Of a stretch of 64,000 nt of DNA, positions 1 through 10,815 are shown piece by piece; position 1 is the first letter of the stretch; each line of letters opens with the position of its first letter. The position numbers were made by a program, and so were the translations under genes. The notes under the pieces were generated by a model. It was not told the origin of the DNA and did no database searches. It saw only the letters and a program-made list of their open reading frames with translations. The stretch lies in the NCBI GenBank assembly GCA_024679065.1, contig JAGIQG010000040.1, positions 10,974,001-11,038,000 of the forward strand. The letters run 5' to 3'. The DNA comes from Sphyrna mokarran (taxonomy: Eukaryota).

Positions 1-739
1 TTTCAGCTCTGCAGTGGATTAATGATATCAGGACATTTCTCCAGAGGAGCGGGATTCTCCAGTACCCTGGTTAGTATTTAATACTTTCCTAAATTCGGTG
101 ATACACCAGCAGCTGCGGATCCTGGACACTGCCGTGAACTATAATGGTTCGCTCTTATTATTTTTATTCACTTATGGAATGTGGATATCGCTGGCAGGTC
201 AGCATTTACTGTCAATCCCTAATTACCCCCTTCAGAAGATGGTTGTGAGTCCCCTGATTGAAACTCTCCAGTCCGTGAGGTATGCATACACACAGGGCCC
301 TTAGGGAAGAAGTTCCAACATTTTCATAGAGCGACAGTGAAGGAAATGCCAAAGTATTTCCAAGTCAGGATGTTAAGTGATAATGGTGTTCCCAAGCATT
401 TGCTGCCCTTGTCTTCCGAGATGATATATAATTTTGTAAATGTGCACACCTTTATCGTGGAATCCTAGAGGCGTAGGCCAAAGTCATAGGTAGAAGAAGG
501 ATTGGAATGAGGTGTTCACTGAATGTTAAAATGACGGCGTGAGCTTGTTGGGCTGAAGTGCTTGTTTCCTGTGCTGTGTTGTTCTTTGTTCTTTGATAAC
601 GGCCATGAGTTTGGAAGGTTCAGCAGAAAGAGACTTGGAGAATCACTGCTGTGTATCTTGTGGATGGCAAACTCTGCTACCACTGTGTTTTGGTGGTGGA
701 AGAAGTGGATGTTTGTGAATGAAGTACTTGATGCTAAAG

Positions 740-1105
740 CGGCACAGGTGCACAGTGGTTAGTACTGTTGCACCCCCCTTGCCCTCCCCCCCACCTCCAT
801 CCCTTCCCCCACCCCCCCACCGTGCCCACTGCGACAGGGACCTGGATTTGATTCCCGGCTTGGGTGATTGTCGGTGCAGAGGTGCAGAGTCTGCACGTTT
901 TCCTCTTGTCAGCGTGGGTCTGATCCACAGGATACACAGCAGTCATTCTCCAAGTCCGGTTTCCTCTGAAAGACGTGCTGATTAGATGCATTGGGTCATG
1001 CTACATTCTTCCTCAGCGTCCCCGAACAAGTGCAGAGTGTGGTGATTAGGAGACTTTCACAGTAACTTCATTGCTGGTTTAATCTAAGTCTACTTGTGAC
1101 ATTTA
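740..1105 (+). mobile_element. Shark tRNA-derived SINE with a C-rich insertion
   Basis: Head 'gcacagtggttagtactgttgc', B-box-like 'gatttgattcccgg' and body/tail shared with the copies at about 3.1, 10.6, 33.1 and 37.4 kb; poly-C tract at about 775-820. Confidence 0.7.
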
Positions 1106-1424
1106 AAAAAAAACATTTAATCAAGCGGAGCTGTTTTGTGCTGTTTAGTCAAATTTCTGAGTGTTGCTGGAGCTGCATTCATCAAGCAAGTGGTTAATAC
1201 ACTACCACAGTCATGATTATGTCTTGTGGATGGTGCAGAGGATTTGGGAGTTTAAGAGACACGTTATTCAGCACAGGATTCCCAATCTCCGCCATGCTCT
1301 TGCAGTCGGAGCACTTGTATGGTTAATCCAGTTCAGCTTCTGAGCAACGTTAACCCTCAGGCTGTTGATAGTGTGGGTGGACCATTTAGAAATCTACAAG
1401 GAGGCATGTACAGATTGAATAGTC

Positions 1425-1742
1425 AGAAACTTCTTTTTCTCTCAGTATGGAAGAGTCAATTATTAAGGAGCATAGAGTTAAGGTTTGAAGGAGATGTGCG
1501 AGGCATTTTTTTTTTTTACACAGGATGGTGGATGGTGGAACTCGCTGCCAGGAATGGTAGTGGAAGCAGATACGATAGTGAGTTTTAAGAGGCATCTGGA
1601 CAAATACATGAATAGGATGGGAATAGAGTGAAATGGCGCCAGAAATGTGGGAGATTTCAGTTCAGTCGGGGCAGCATGTTCAGTGCAGGCTTGAAGGGCC
1701 GAAGGGCCTGTTCCTGCGCTGTAATTTTCTTTGTTCTTTGTT
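1425..1742 (+). mobile_element. CR1-like LINE 3' fragment
   Basis: Ends in the CR1 3' motif 'gggccgaagggcctgttcctgcgctgta...ttctttgttctttg' seen on the other CR1 copies in the window. Confidence 0.6.
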
Positions 1743-2516
1743 TCAGTCATGGTAACGCCAGTAAATGACAAGAACCGATTGTTACCTTCTTTCCTGTTGG
1801 AGTTGGTCATTGTCTGGAACGTGGGTGGTGCAATGTTATTTGCAGCTTGTCAGTCCAAGCCTGGATAATGTCCAACTATTGCTACATTTGTAATGCATTA
1901 CTTCATGATCTGAGGGATCATGAATGGTGCTGAACATTGTTCAGTTATCAGCGAACATCCCAACATCTGACCTTAACAATGGATTGAAGGTGATTGATGA
2001 AGCAACTGAAGCTGATTGGTTCTGAGACACTGAGGAACTCCTGCAGTGAAGTCCCGAGACTAGAATAATTGACCTTCAATCATTAGTCAGCTAATCTTTC
2101 AAAAAGACAACATTCTGAGGGACAATGACGCCGAAAGTGTTCAGGGGATGGATAATATTTAGGGACGTTCTTCTTGTCATAAAACACTCTCAGGGGAGGC
2201 AGGAGCGCAGTGATATTGTCAATCCAACGATCCAGAATATTAATGTGTGTTCAAATTCACTGACAGATGCGAAATTTGAATGTTAAAGAAATACAATTAG
2301 AATTCTAATGATGACCAATGGAATTATTGCCGTTTATCATTAAAACTCATTTGGTTCACTAATATCCTTTAGGGAAGGAAATCTGCCGTCCTTACACTGC
2401 CTGGCCGGTAAGTGAATCTTAAATGCCCTCTGCTGAAGGGCAATTTAGGATGGGCAATAAATGCTGGTCAAGCCAATGACACCCACATCACATGAACGGA
2501 AATAAAATAAACTTAC

Positions 2517-2828
2517 CAATCCCAGCTGTGGGTAGGGTGTTTACTGAGTAAATCTGATTATTGTGAAATGCCTTGCACGTGATGTTTGGCGATTTCCCGG
2601 GTTGGGAGAAAAAGAGGAAACCCGAGCTCCTGTAATTCCCACTCTCCAATGGGACACTGGATCTTGTCACATTGACCTCCTGGCCGGATCCTGTGTACAG
2701 GGAGAGCTGGATTGCCTTGGGGGAGAAGTCCGAGGCCAAGCAGACTGCAGCGGTGCTGGTGTTGGTGGCTCCCGGTGGCACTGGCGGGTAAAAGACACTC
2801 AATTTTGGTTCTTTTAGGTTTTTCACTT
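2517..2828 (-). CDS. TRDC: TCR delta-type constant Ig (C1-set) domain exon
   Basis: Acceptor ttttttcAG before 2828 and donor GTAAGT after 2517; 312 nt, phase 1-1. Protein (K)VKNLKEPKLSVFYPP...AAVCLASDFSPKAI...NVTRSS...SGNYRSSGFL...NITCKAFHN has both C1 cysteines and closely resembles shark TCR-delta C as recalled from memory (KLSxFY, AAVCLASDF, NVTRSS, NxTC). Hinge/TM exons not found within the window. Confidence 0.88.
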
Positions 2829-3116
2829 CTGAAAAAATTAAGAAATAAAAGGAAATAACCAGAATATAAAAGATTACCTCTTCCACCCTCTAATCCCATT
2901 CGATTAGACCCGCATTTTTCCTGTGCTTTAACCCGATATAAGTTTCTACACTGATTACTGAATGCTGAGAATGGATTAGCAATCTTATTCCCTTGGCGGA
3001 GAGAAGTCTGAGGAGTGACGCCGCTCTCTCACTCTCTCTCTCACACACACACTTAGTTCCCACTGTTTTTTTTTTAATATTTTAAAGAGAACAATATTTG
3101 GACAAGAGACTGATGG

Positions 3117-3420
3117 AGGGCGGCACTGTAGCACAATAGTTAGCATTATTGCCTCACAGCGCCAAAGACCCAGGCTCAATTCCGGCCTCGGCTCACTCTC
3201 TGTGTGATCTCCCGGTGGGTTTCGTCCGGGTGCTCCGGTTTCCTCTCAGAGTCCAAGGATGTGCGGGTTAGGTTGACTGGCCAAGCTAAATTGACCGTTA
3301 TGTCAGAGGATTAGTTGAGTAAATATGTGGCATAATGAAGTTAGAGCCTGTGTGGAATTAGGGTCAGTGCAGTCTCGATGGGATGAACGGCCTCCTTCTG
3401 TACTGTAGCGATTCTTTGAT
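3117..3420 (+). mobile_element. Shark tRNA-derived SINE
   Basis: 'gggcggcactgtagcacaatagttagcattattgcctcacagcgcc...ggctcaattccggc' A/B-box head plus CR1-like tail. Confidence 0.75.
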
Positions 3421-4420
3421 ACACTTTTTCCTTCTCCCTGAGTAGAAGGAGGCCATTCGGCTCACCCACTATTCAATGAAATCGCGACTGATCTGATGTG
3501 ATAATCCTCAACTCCATTTTCCCACAATATCCCCATCAGCCTTGTTTTCTTGCAGATTAAAAACCTGTCCATCCCTGTATTCAAAGTATTTAATAGCAGC
3601 CCTATACAACCATCTGCGATAAAGAAGTCCACAGATTCAATACCATTTAAAGGAAGAAATTCTTCATCTTCTCTCTCTTTAAATCGACAACCCCTCACTC
3701 TTGGTTTTAACCTCTAGTCCTAGACTCTTCCAACAAGGAATAAAATAGAAGTCTACATTAGCCCTTCGTATCTGAGCCGTCTAAAGACAACCCAACTGAC
3801 TTTTCTAATCCCATTTCCAGCACTTGGCTCATTACTCTGTATGATATGGCATCAAAAATGCATAACCAAGTGTTGTGAGAGTCTCTGTGGCTATGACTGT
3901 ATCAGATAGTGAGTTCCAGATTTCCCTCTAACTCTCCTACCCTGTACCTTAAATCAATGTCTCCTCTACACCACACCCTTCCCTCCAGAAAAAACGTTCC
4001 TCATTGATCCCTCTAAAATGGGGATAGGTGTTTTCCTGACTATGTTATCTCTGCCCCTCATTCAGGTGAAGTGACTTTTACAGTGTTGCCTAACTTTATG
4101 ACTCTAATGGGGTGGGCCTGCTTTAACTACCTATCAATGTATCATTTAAAAGCATTACACACAACCCATTTCAGGTGGGTTTTTATGATAAAGACCAGTT
4201 AGATGTTTTAAGGAAACAATCCTGATATGTGGAAACAATAAAGCTCTCATCTGCTCTATCTCAATGCCCAGTGAAGCTGTTCTTTGGATTCCCAATGAAA
4301 ACTGCTCACCCGTTCCATACAAAAACAGTAATAATTGAAATATCACAGCGACTGTATGTCTCAATGAAGCCATAGGGGAAAAATAACATATTGAGCAATC
4401 ATCCAGAGTTAGTTACTTAC

Positions 4421-4483
4421 TGGGTTCCACTATCAGCCTGGTTCCAATGCCAAAGATGAGCTTTCTAGTCTCGCCATATGTCA
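4421..4483 (-). CDS. TCR alpha/delta-type J segment (TYGETRKLIFGIGTRLIVEP)
   Basis: KLIFG-x-GT motif; GTAAGT donor at 4420-4415; phase 1 and in frame with the C exon; preceded by a 12-RSS. Confidence 0.92.
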
Positions 4484-4511
4484 CACAATCTTTCATTCCA
4501 TAACAAGATCT
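4484..4511 (+). other. 12-bp-spacer RSS of the TCR J segment
   Basis: Heptamer CACAATC (4484-4490), 12-nt spacer, nonamer ACAAGATCT (4503-4511); non-consensus but keeps CAC and ACAA. Confidence 0.75.
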
Positions 4512-4773
4512 CTTGCGGTCTGGTCCACCTCTCTCTGTCCCTCTGTCGTGTCCCACTTGGGGTCGGTCAGACTAGTAATGGTGTACTCTCAGTGAATATC
4601 ACTGTGGGAATGGAAGGAAGTTGTGGGGAGTGCTGTGGAGGGGGAGGGGGTGTGGGTAATGTTGGCTACAATTGAGAGAGCTTGGTGTTCTGCTGAGTGG
4701 CTGGGAGGTTATTGACCCGCTTTAAGGAGGTTTCAGCTATTATGGTACCACGATATAATCCCCACCATGTTCA

Positions 4774-4812
4774 GGTTTCTGTACCCCTCTCTCCGGGTTC
4801 TATATCACGGAG
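4774..4812 (-). other. Duplicated, degenerate 23-RSS (heptamer CTCCGTG)
   Basis: 61-bp-period tandem copy of the V 23-RSS region: nonamer ACAGAAACC, 23-nt spacer, heptamer lacking CAC. Confidence 0.7.
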
Positions 4813-4834
4813 TCTATAATGCCCACCATGTTCA

Positions 4835-4873
4835 AGTTTCTGTACTGCTCTCTCCGTGTTCTCTATCACTGTG
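4835..4873 (-). other. 23-bp-spacer RSS of the supporting TCR V
   Basis: CACAGTG (4873-4867), 23 nt, ACAGAAACT (4843-4835). Confidence 0.92.
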
Positions 4874-5179
4874 TTGTGCGTTGACTCAGTGCACAGTAGT
4901 ACACAGCCGAGTCGCTCAGTTGCAGTTTGGAGATTGTTAATCGGCTGATTTTCTCGCCAGAATCGATAGAAGCAGAAATTCTGTCTCCGGCAATGTTTTC
5001 TTTGTTGTCCCCTCCTGAAGTGTGTGCCTGTTGCAATAATTTCGGAGCCTGCCCTGGAGATTGGCTGTACCAGTGTACTGTGTACTGACATAACCCTGAA
5101 TATTCACATCTTAGAATAACCGTGTTCCCTGCAGCAGAGGTTTGGAGAGGCGGATTCTTGGACACCAGGGAACTGGAAT
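4874..5179 (-). CDS. Leaderless supporting TCR-delta-type V segment (STCRdV-like) with CDR1 cysteine
   Basis: Acceptor tcctccAG before 5179, phase 1. (D)SSSLVSKNPP...LRCEYSGLCQYTVHWYSQSPGQAPKLL...DSAVYYCALSQRTT with canonical C/W/YYC and an extra Cys in CDR1 (5090-5088). No credible leader exon upstream. These are the hallmarks of the supporting V of NAR-TCR. Confidence 0.9.
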
Positions 5180-6888
5180 CTGGAGGATTAAAAAAAATGA
5201 TGTTTTATCCACTTTTTTACCGTGCAACATGGGAATCACAGGAATATGTCTTCATTTGCGGTATTCTAATTAAATATTATAAAATTTCATATTAAATCTG
5301 ATGGAACTATATTCACTCTTATTACGATACAAACTAGTGAAGCCTGAGGCAATATCTCTTACACACCAAGTACTACTGATCTGGAATGTATTGTCATAAT
5401 GAGTTGTGGGAGCAGATTCAACAGTGAATGACCAGTTGGTCATTACCAAATGGTCAAGTACCGGCACAGGAAAGGCAAGCAGGGTAATGGGGAAAAATTC
5501 GTGGGCATTAGGAAGAATTGGATTTCATTTATAAAGGGCCAACATCTACAAGAAGGGCCGAATGCCATTCTTCCACCCTACATGATCCTGCGATGGAGAG
5601 TACAATCCAGCTTCTATTTTCATTATTGACAGACAAGCACTAGGGAACATTTTATCATCAGTGAAGCAATCCGTTTCCAGACATGATTGTCCCAGGATAA
5701 CCCAGATAAGCTCCACACCAAGCACAGCAAGATCCATCAGAATGTTATTGTGATTCATCAGCTCCAAAGGGGCTGTTGCAATAATTTGGGACAGCCCCAA
5801 AATTATGGGGCTGATAATTTTGGGAGTTTATGTTTGCCTTTTCATCCATTTGTTTATCTATTTTTCTATTTCTATTAAAATAGGGGACTGTTTAATCAGT
5901 TTCATTTTATTTATATTTTCATGTTCTATTGTTCGGTGTCTTGTAATCATGAGAACTTGTCTCAAAGTCTCCCAGCTGTCTGTTGGGTTCAGTATGTTCA
6001 GTTTCCACAGTGGTTTTACAGTTACACCGTCTCTTCCGGCTCTCTGACAATTTTAACTCCTTCTGCACATTAATGTTCTTTCCCTGGTTTTTGGGGCAGG
6101 GTTTTCTCTATGTTTTACGTTATTAAGAGTCTGCCAAAATATATTATACCATTTGGCCCAACTGATTTATGTTGCAAATTTATCCAAACGTACCTCCTCC
6201 ACCCGAAAATCCAGTTGATATTTACATCCAGCTCCCTTTGTAAATTTATTACCTTCTCCCCCCGTATGTTCAAGATGCCCCACAAATGCAACAAAACTAC
6301 CTTCTCCAACAGTTCTATGTGCCAAGTTCTGACAATCCACCGTACAGTTATTCCTCTCAATCTGTTTATTAGTTTTATTAGTGCCGATCATGTATAAATT
6401 GTTCTAAACTCACATACAAATAAAGAACTGGTCAACACCCACACATTAAACAATCAGAATTTAAACGGTTTCTATGAATTCTTCTCTTCCCTCTTTACCT
6501 TCCAGAGGGAACTTTAAAATCTTCCCTGTTTTCAACAAAGTTGGGGCTAAATCACCAACACATTCCTGAACTTATCCAGTAAAAAAAGATGCTTTTAGTT
6601 TGGAAAATCTTGTCTGTAATTGCCTTGAATACACAAAACCACTGAGCATTCACAGTTTTCTGATATAAACGCTTCTCAGATACTCATAAAAGGGAATAAC
6701 CGAAAGAATTTATCTTCTTCTCAATTATTGACAATTATTTAAAAGTTGTGACCCAAAGCTAAAGGCGTCCCTGACTGGACACACGTCCAGAATCTGTTTC
6801 GTCAAACCTCCGGAGAATATTTTCTGTTGAATTGGCTGTCATGCTTCTGAACTCTTAAGAAGGTAGCATTTGGATACTTAATATCCAA

Positions 6889-8040
6889 TATGCATTTTGG
6901 CCAGAAAAATGTAGAAGAGAGTTATAGGATAAAAGGTAAAACTATGCAGAGCATAGAGACGCAGAGAGACTTGGGGGTGCAGGTTCACAAGTCTCTGAAG
7001 GTGTCCTCACAGGTGGAGAAGATGATAAAGAAGGCGTATAGTATGTTAGCTTTCATAGAAAAGGGTATAGAATACAAGAGTAGGAGTTTGATATTGCATT
7101 TGTATAGAACGTTGGTTAGGCCTCACTTGGAATACTGCGTCCAGTTCTGGTCGCCGTACTATCGGAAGGATGTGGAGTCCTTGGAGAGATTGCAGAGGAG
7201 GTTTACCAGGATGCTGCCTGGTATGGAAGGACTGTCTTATGAGGAACGATTAGATAGACTGGGGTTGTTTTCCCTTGAAAGACGTCGGCTTAGAGGGGAT
7301 CTCATAGAGGTGTATAAGATTATAAGGGGTATAGATAGAGTAAATGGAGGTAAACTTTTTCCACCTTCAGAAATGGATTGGACGAGGGGTCATGGCCTTA
7401 GGGTGAGGGGGCTATGTATAAGACGAATACTAGAGGGCAGTTTTTCACACAAAGGGTAGTGGGGGTGTGGAATGCACTGCCGAGTAAGGTGGTGGGAGCA
7501 GGCACGCTAGGGCTGTTTAAGGGTCTCTTGGACAGCCACATGAGCGGTATGCAGATAGAGGGATATAGTAGGACTGTTTAACTATGGCTTTTTTTCCACA
7601 GGTAATTCGGTCCATACTTGACCAACAGGAGCATGCATTCGGCAGGTGGTGCGGGTACAGCTCTTGGATGTTGATTCATGGGTTGCCTGGTACCTCATGT
7701 CGTAAATGAGTGCTTTATGTGGACCATCTGAAGGGCACCATGACAGCTCAGAAACTATCGATGTGGCTGTGCAGACACTTGGAATTGGGCCGGTGTCTGC
7801 GGGAGTTTGCGCGTTCTCCCCGTGGTTGCGTGGGTTTTCTCCGGGCACTCCGGTTTCCTCCCACAACCCAAAAATTCGGTCTTAGGCTGATTGGGAAACA
7901 AATTGTCCCTATAGTGAGAGTCTTCCATATTAGGAATAACCTAAATTTAGAATAGGATAATGGAATTGCTACTATATAGTTATGACGGTGGCGCGGGCTC
8001 GTTGGGCCGAAGGGCCTGTTTCCCGTGCTGTGTTGTTCTT
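6889..8040 (+). mobile_element. CR1 LINE 3' fragment (RT C-terminus) interrupted by a SINE-like insert at about 7580-7960
   Basis: ORF 6890-7459 has CR1 ORF2 motifs (LVRPHLEYCVQFWSP, LERRRLRGDLIEVYK); CR1 tail resumes at about 7985-8040. Confidence 0.85.
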
Positions 8041-8239
8041 AATACCTTCACATAGGGCAATCGCTTTCAGTATAGAATCTGGCATGGTAATCATTGGTTC
8101 ACTTACTTCAAAGAGATAAGCCATTCCTGATGGTTGTGTTAAAATCGTTTCAGAGTGCTCCAGATTGGGCTCCAGATTGGGCCACATTTCATTTATCACC
8201 ACAATCAATTCCTCTTCCAAGTGGTGTTGAAAACAGAGG

Positions 8240-8920
8240 AATTCAATATCTAGGGGAACGGATGGGGTGAACAGCAGATCAATGGCAGATGGAACTTAAT
8301 CCTGAAAATTGTATGGGGATGCACGTTGGGAGGGGTAACAAGACAAGGGAGTATTTAATAAATGGCAGGACACTGGAAAGCTCAAATGAACAGAAAGATT
8401 TGATTCCTTGTCCACAAATCACTGAAGGCAATAGGACATGATAATTGGGGCAGACGGGACAATCGCTTTAATAAGTCATGGCATAAATTATTAAAACTGC
8501 CGGGTTATGTTAGAGCTGTACAAAGGTTTCGATAGGCCACATCTATCGCCTCACTATTGAAAGAATATGATTTCACTGAAAGAGTACGGAGGAGATTCAC
8601 CATAATGTTGCCTGCGATGGAGCATTTGAACTTCAAGATGAGCCTGGATAAGCTTATATTGTGCTCTTCAGAGCAGAGACCCACTTTGAGATCTATAAGT
8701 TTATACAGGAATTGACAGGGTAAATGGGAATCAAATTCTCCTCACAGTTGAAGGGTCAATAAATAGGTGGCATATGTTTAGAAAGGGAGATGGACGTAGA
8801 TGAACTTGCAAAACATTTAAGGCTGTGGGTCTAGTGCTGGAAGATGGAATTCATGAAGATTTTGTTGGTACAGACTTGATAAGCTGAAGGGCCTATTCCA
8901 TGTTATATAATTCTGTGATA
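8240..8920 (+). mobile_element. Decayed CR1 LINE fragment
   Basis: Degenerate CR1 RT 3' sequence; closely paralogous to 10060-10495. Confidence 0.65.
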
Positions 8921-9498
8921 GCAGATTTCAATATGCTGTACCAACAGGCAAGGAAGACATCATGGAACATTCTTCATCTTAGAAAGAAGTAAAAGAAACA
9001 ATCTTTAATTAGTGGAATGGCCTTGGAAGTAATTGACAACTTAAATGGCCAATCAGGGCATTAATGGGAGGATTGGGTTTGCCATGGTCATTTCCGGTGC
9101 CATGTCACAGCCAAGTACAATATCTGAATATTCCTCTTTCAGACGCCACAACAATTTGTTTCTACTCAGTGCCTCGCTCAGCTTCATTACAGACAGCATG
9201 TAAAAGTAAACCATATTGCTTTATACTGATGACCATATTTACTACACCAGGTGGAAACGGCAGATTTCCATCCGTAACGGGTTTATCATCGCCATACTGA
9301 GACTGGTCTTTACTTCCAGTTGCTCACATAAATTTCCATTAAATTGCACCAGCTGCCCTGGTGAGATTTGACCGTGTGCAGGCTGAGCACTGGGTCACAG
9401 AAATACTAACGCAATTACATTACCACCACATCACCAACTCCACAGTGCGGACATGAACCCAGTAAGTCTGTAAGATATTTCGGCTTGGAGTCACTTAC

Positions 9499-9846
9499 CA
9501 GCTGTGACATTCACCACCGTTCCAGGTCCGTCTGCATAACCCGCTTTTGAAACGCTAGTTCCACATCCATGTTTATACTGAGCTTTACAGTAATAGATGG
9601 CGGTGTCTTCAACTCTCACATCCTGAATTTCAAGAGAAAATGTGTTTTGTGCTTTATTCACCGATACAACAAATCTTCCTCCGCTGGAGATCCGCTCCCG
9701 TTCTTTCCCGCTCTGGGTTTGCCTAAAGAAATGTCCGCCCTCCAAACTAGAATAATCAGCTTTGAAAACACAGGTGATGGTGAGAGACTGACACTCCTTC
9801 CTGGTCACCGCTTTTGGGCTCTGTGTCACTGACTGACTGAAAGATT
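9499..9846 (-). CDS. Germline-joined NAR-type V(D)J exon (fixed second variable domain)
   Basis: Acceptor atttccAG before 9846 and GTAAGT donor after 9499; 348 nt, phase 1-1, open. (E)SFSQSVTQSPKAVTRKECQSLTITC...GHFFRQ...YYCKAQYKHGCGTSVSKAGYADGPGTVVNVTA; V and J are fused with no RSS; about 72% amino-acid identity (67/93 by hand) to the V at 14534-14820. Confidence 0.92.
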
Positions 9847-9985
9847 CTGGAAATTAAACACAGAGAGTTTAATGGGCCGTCAGAGCCAAATCACACAACA
9901 GAGTTAAACCCCAAACAATGTCTGTAATTGGGATAAATTGGAGCAGATTTATATCCAATCCACACAATGTGGGTTAGTTTGAATA

Positions 9986-10004
9986 GTACTCATAGGGTAA
10001 ACAG
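9986..10004 (-). pseudogene. Destroyed leader-exon remnant of the germline-joined V
   Basis: Homologous to the 3' end of the leader and its donor at 14961-14979; donor GTGAGTAC has become ATGAGTAC (9993) and homology ends after about 11 exonic nt, so there is no ATG. Confidence 0.8.
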
Positions 10005-10059
10005 ACTCCCTCCTCACTCTCTCACTGCACTGTGTGTATGTCTGTGTGTGGAGGATGGT

Positions 10060-10495
10060 GGGTATGTAAGCTTTCACATGGCACGAAGATTAACAGAATG
10101 GCTAATAGTGAGGAAGACGGTCAAAGATTGTCGGATAATATTGACAGCTTGGTCAGATGGCAGGTCAATGGCTCATGGAACTTAACACTGAAAAGTGCGA
10201 GTGGACGCACGGTGGGAGGAGTAACAAGACAAGGGAGTATTTAATGAATGATAGAGCACTGGAAAACTCAAATGAACAGAAAGATTTGACTCCTCATCCA
10301 CAAGGCCCTGAAGGCGATAGGAGATGATACTAGGGGCAGACGGGACGATTGTCTTTATAAGTCGTGCAAAAACAAAGAATATTAAAACAGCGGGATTATG
10401 TTAAAGCTGTACAAAGCTTTCGATAGGCCACATCTGGAGTACTGTGTACAGTGCTGTTAGCCTCAGTATTGAAAAAAATATGATTTCACTGAAGG
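10060..10495 (+). mobile_element. Decayed CR1 LINE fragment
   Basis: Paralogous to 8240-8600 (shared 'gtaacaagacaagggagtattt', 'ctcaaatgaacagaaagatttga'). Confidence 0.65.
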
Positions 10496-10594
10496 TTTAG
10501 AGAGGAGGTTTGTGAGAGAGTCTGTGTGTGTCAGAGAGAGAGAGGGAGAGGAGAGAAAGTGTATGAGAGAGAATGTGTGATAGAGAGCCACAAT

Positions 10595-10815
10595 GAAGTG
10601 TTTGATTCGATTTCTGGCTTGGGTCACTATCTGTGTGGAGTTTGTAAGGTCTCCTCCTGTTTGTGCGCGTTTCCTCCGGGTGTTCCAGATTCCTCCACAT
10701 TCTGAAAGATTTGCTAGTTCAGCGCATTGATCCGAATAGGCGCCAGACTAGGGGAATTTCACAATAATTTCATTGCACTGTTAATGTAAGCCTCACTTGT
10801 GACTAAAAAAAAACT
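10595..10815 (+). mobile_element. SINE (5'-truncated), preceded by a GA-rich low-complexity tract
   Basis: Body 'ctatctgtgtggagtttg...ttcctccgggtgttccag' and tail 'aatgtaagcctcacttgtgactaaaaaaaa'. Confidence 0.65.

Noticed and set aside
719-985. Proline-rich ORF
   Set aside because: Translation of a C-rich tract inside a SINE.
1-2500. Hinge/transmembrane exons of the TCR chain
   Set aside because: No exon encoding a connecting-peptide Cys or a TM helix with the TCR-delta R/K residues was recognised; the region is mostly repeats. They probably lie beyond the window, but this is unverified.
2829-2886. Hydrophobic N-terminus of ORF 2488-2886 looking like a signal peptide
   Set aside because: It is the translated polypyrimidine tract of the C-exon splice acceptor.
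4568-4606. Lone CACAGTG heptamer (minus strand, 4606-4600) between the supporting V and J as a possible D segment
   Set aside because: No acceptable nonamer at 12 or 23 nt and no opposing RSS on the other side; at most a vestige.
5180-5255. Possible leader exon for the supporting V (ATG at 5255, GT at 5220)
   Set aside because: Peptide MKTYSCDSHVA is not hydrophobic, the exon is phase 2 (out of frame) and the intron would be only 41 nt.
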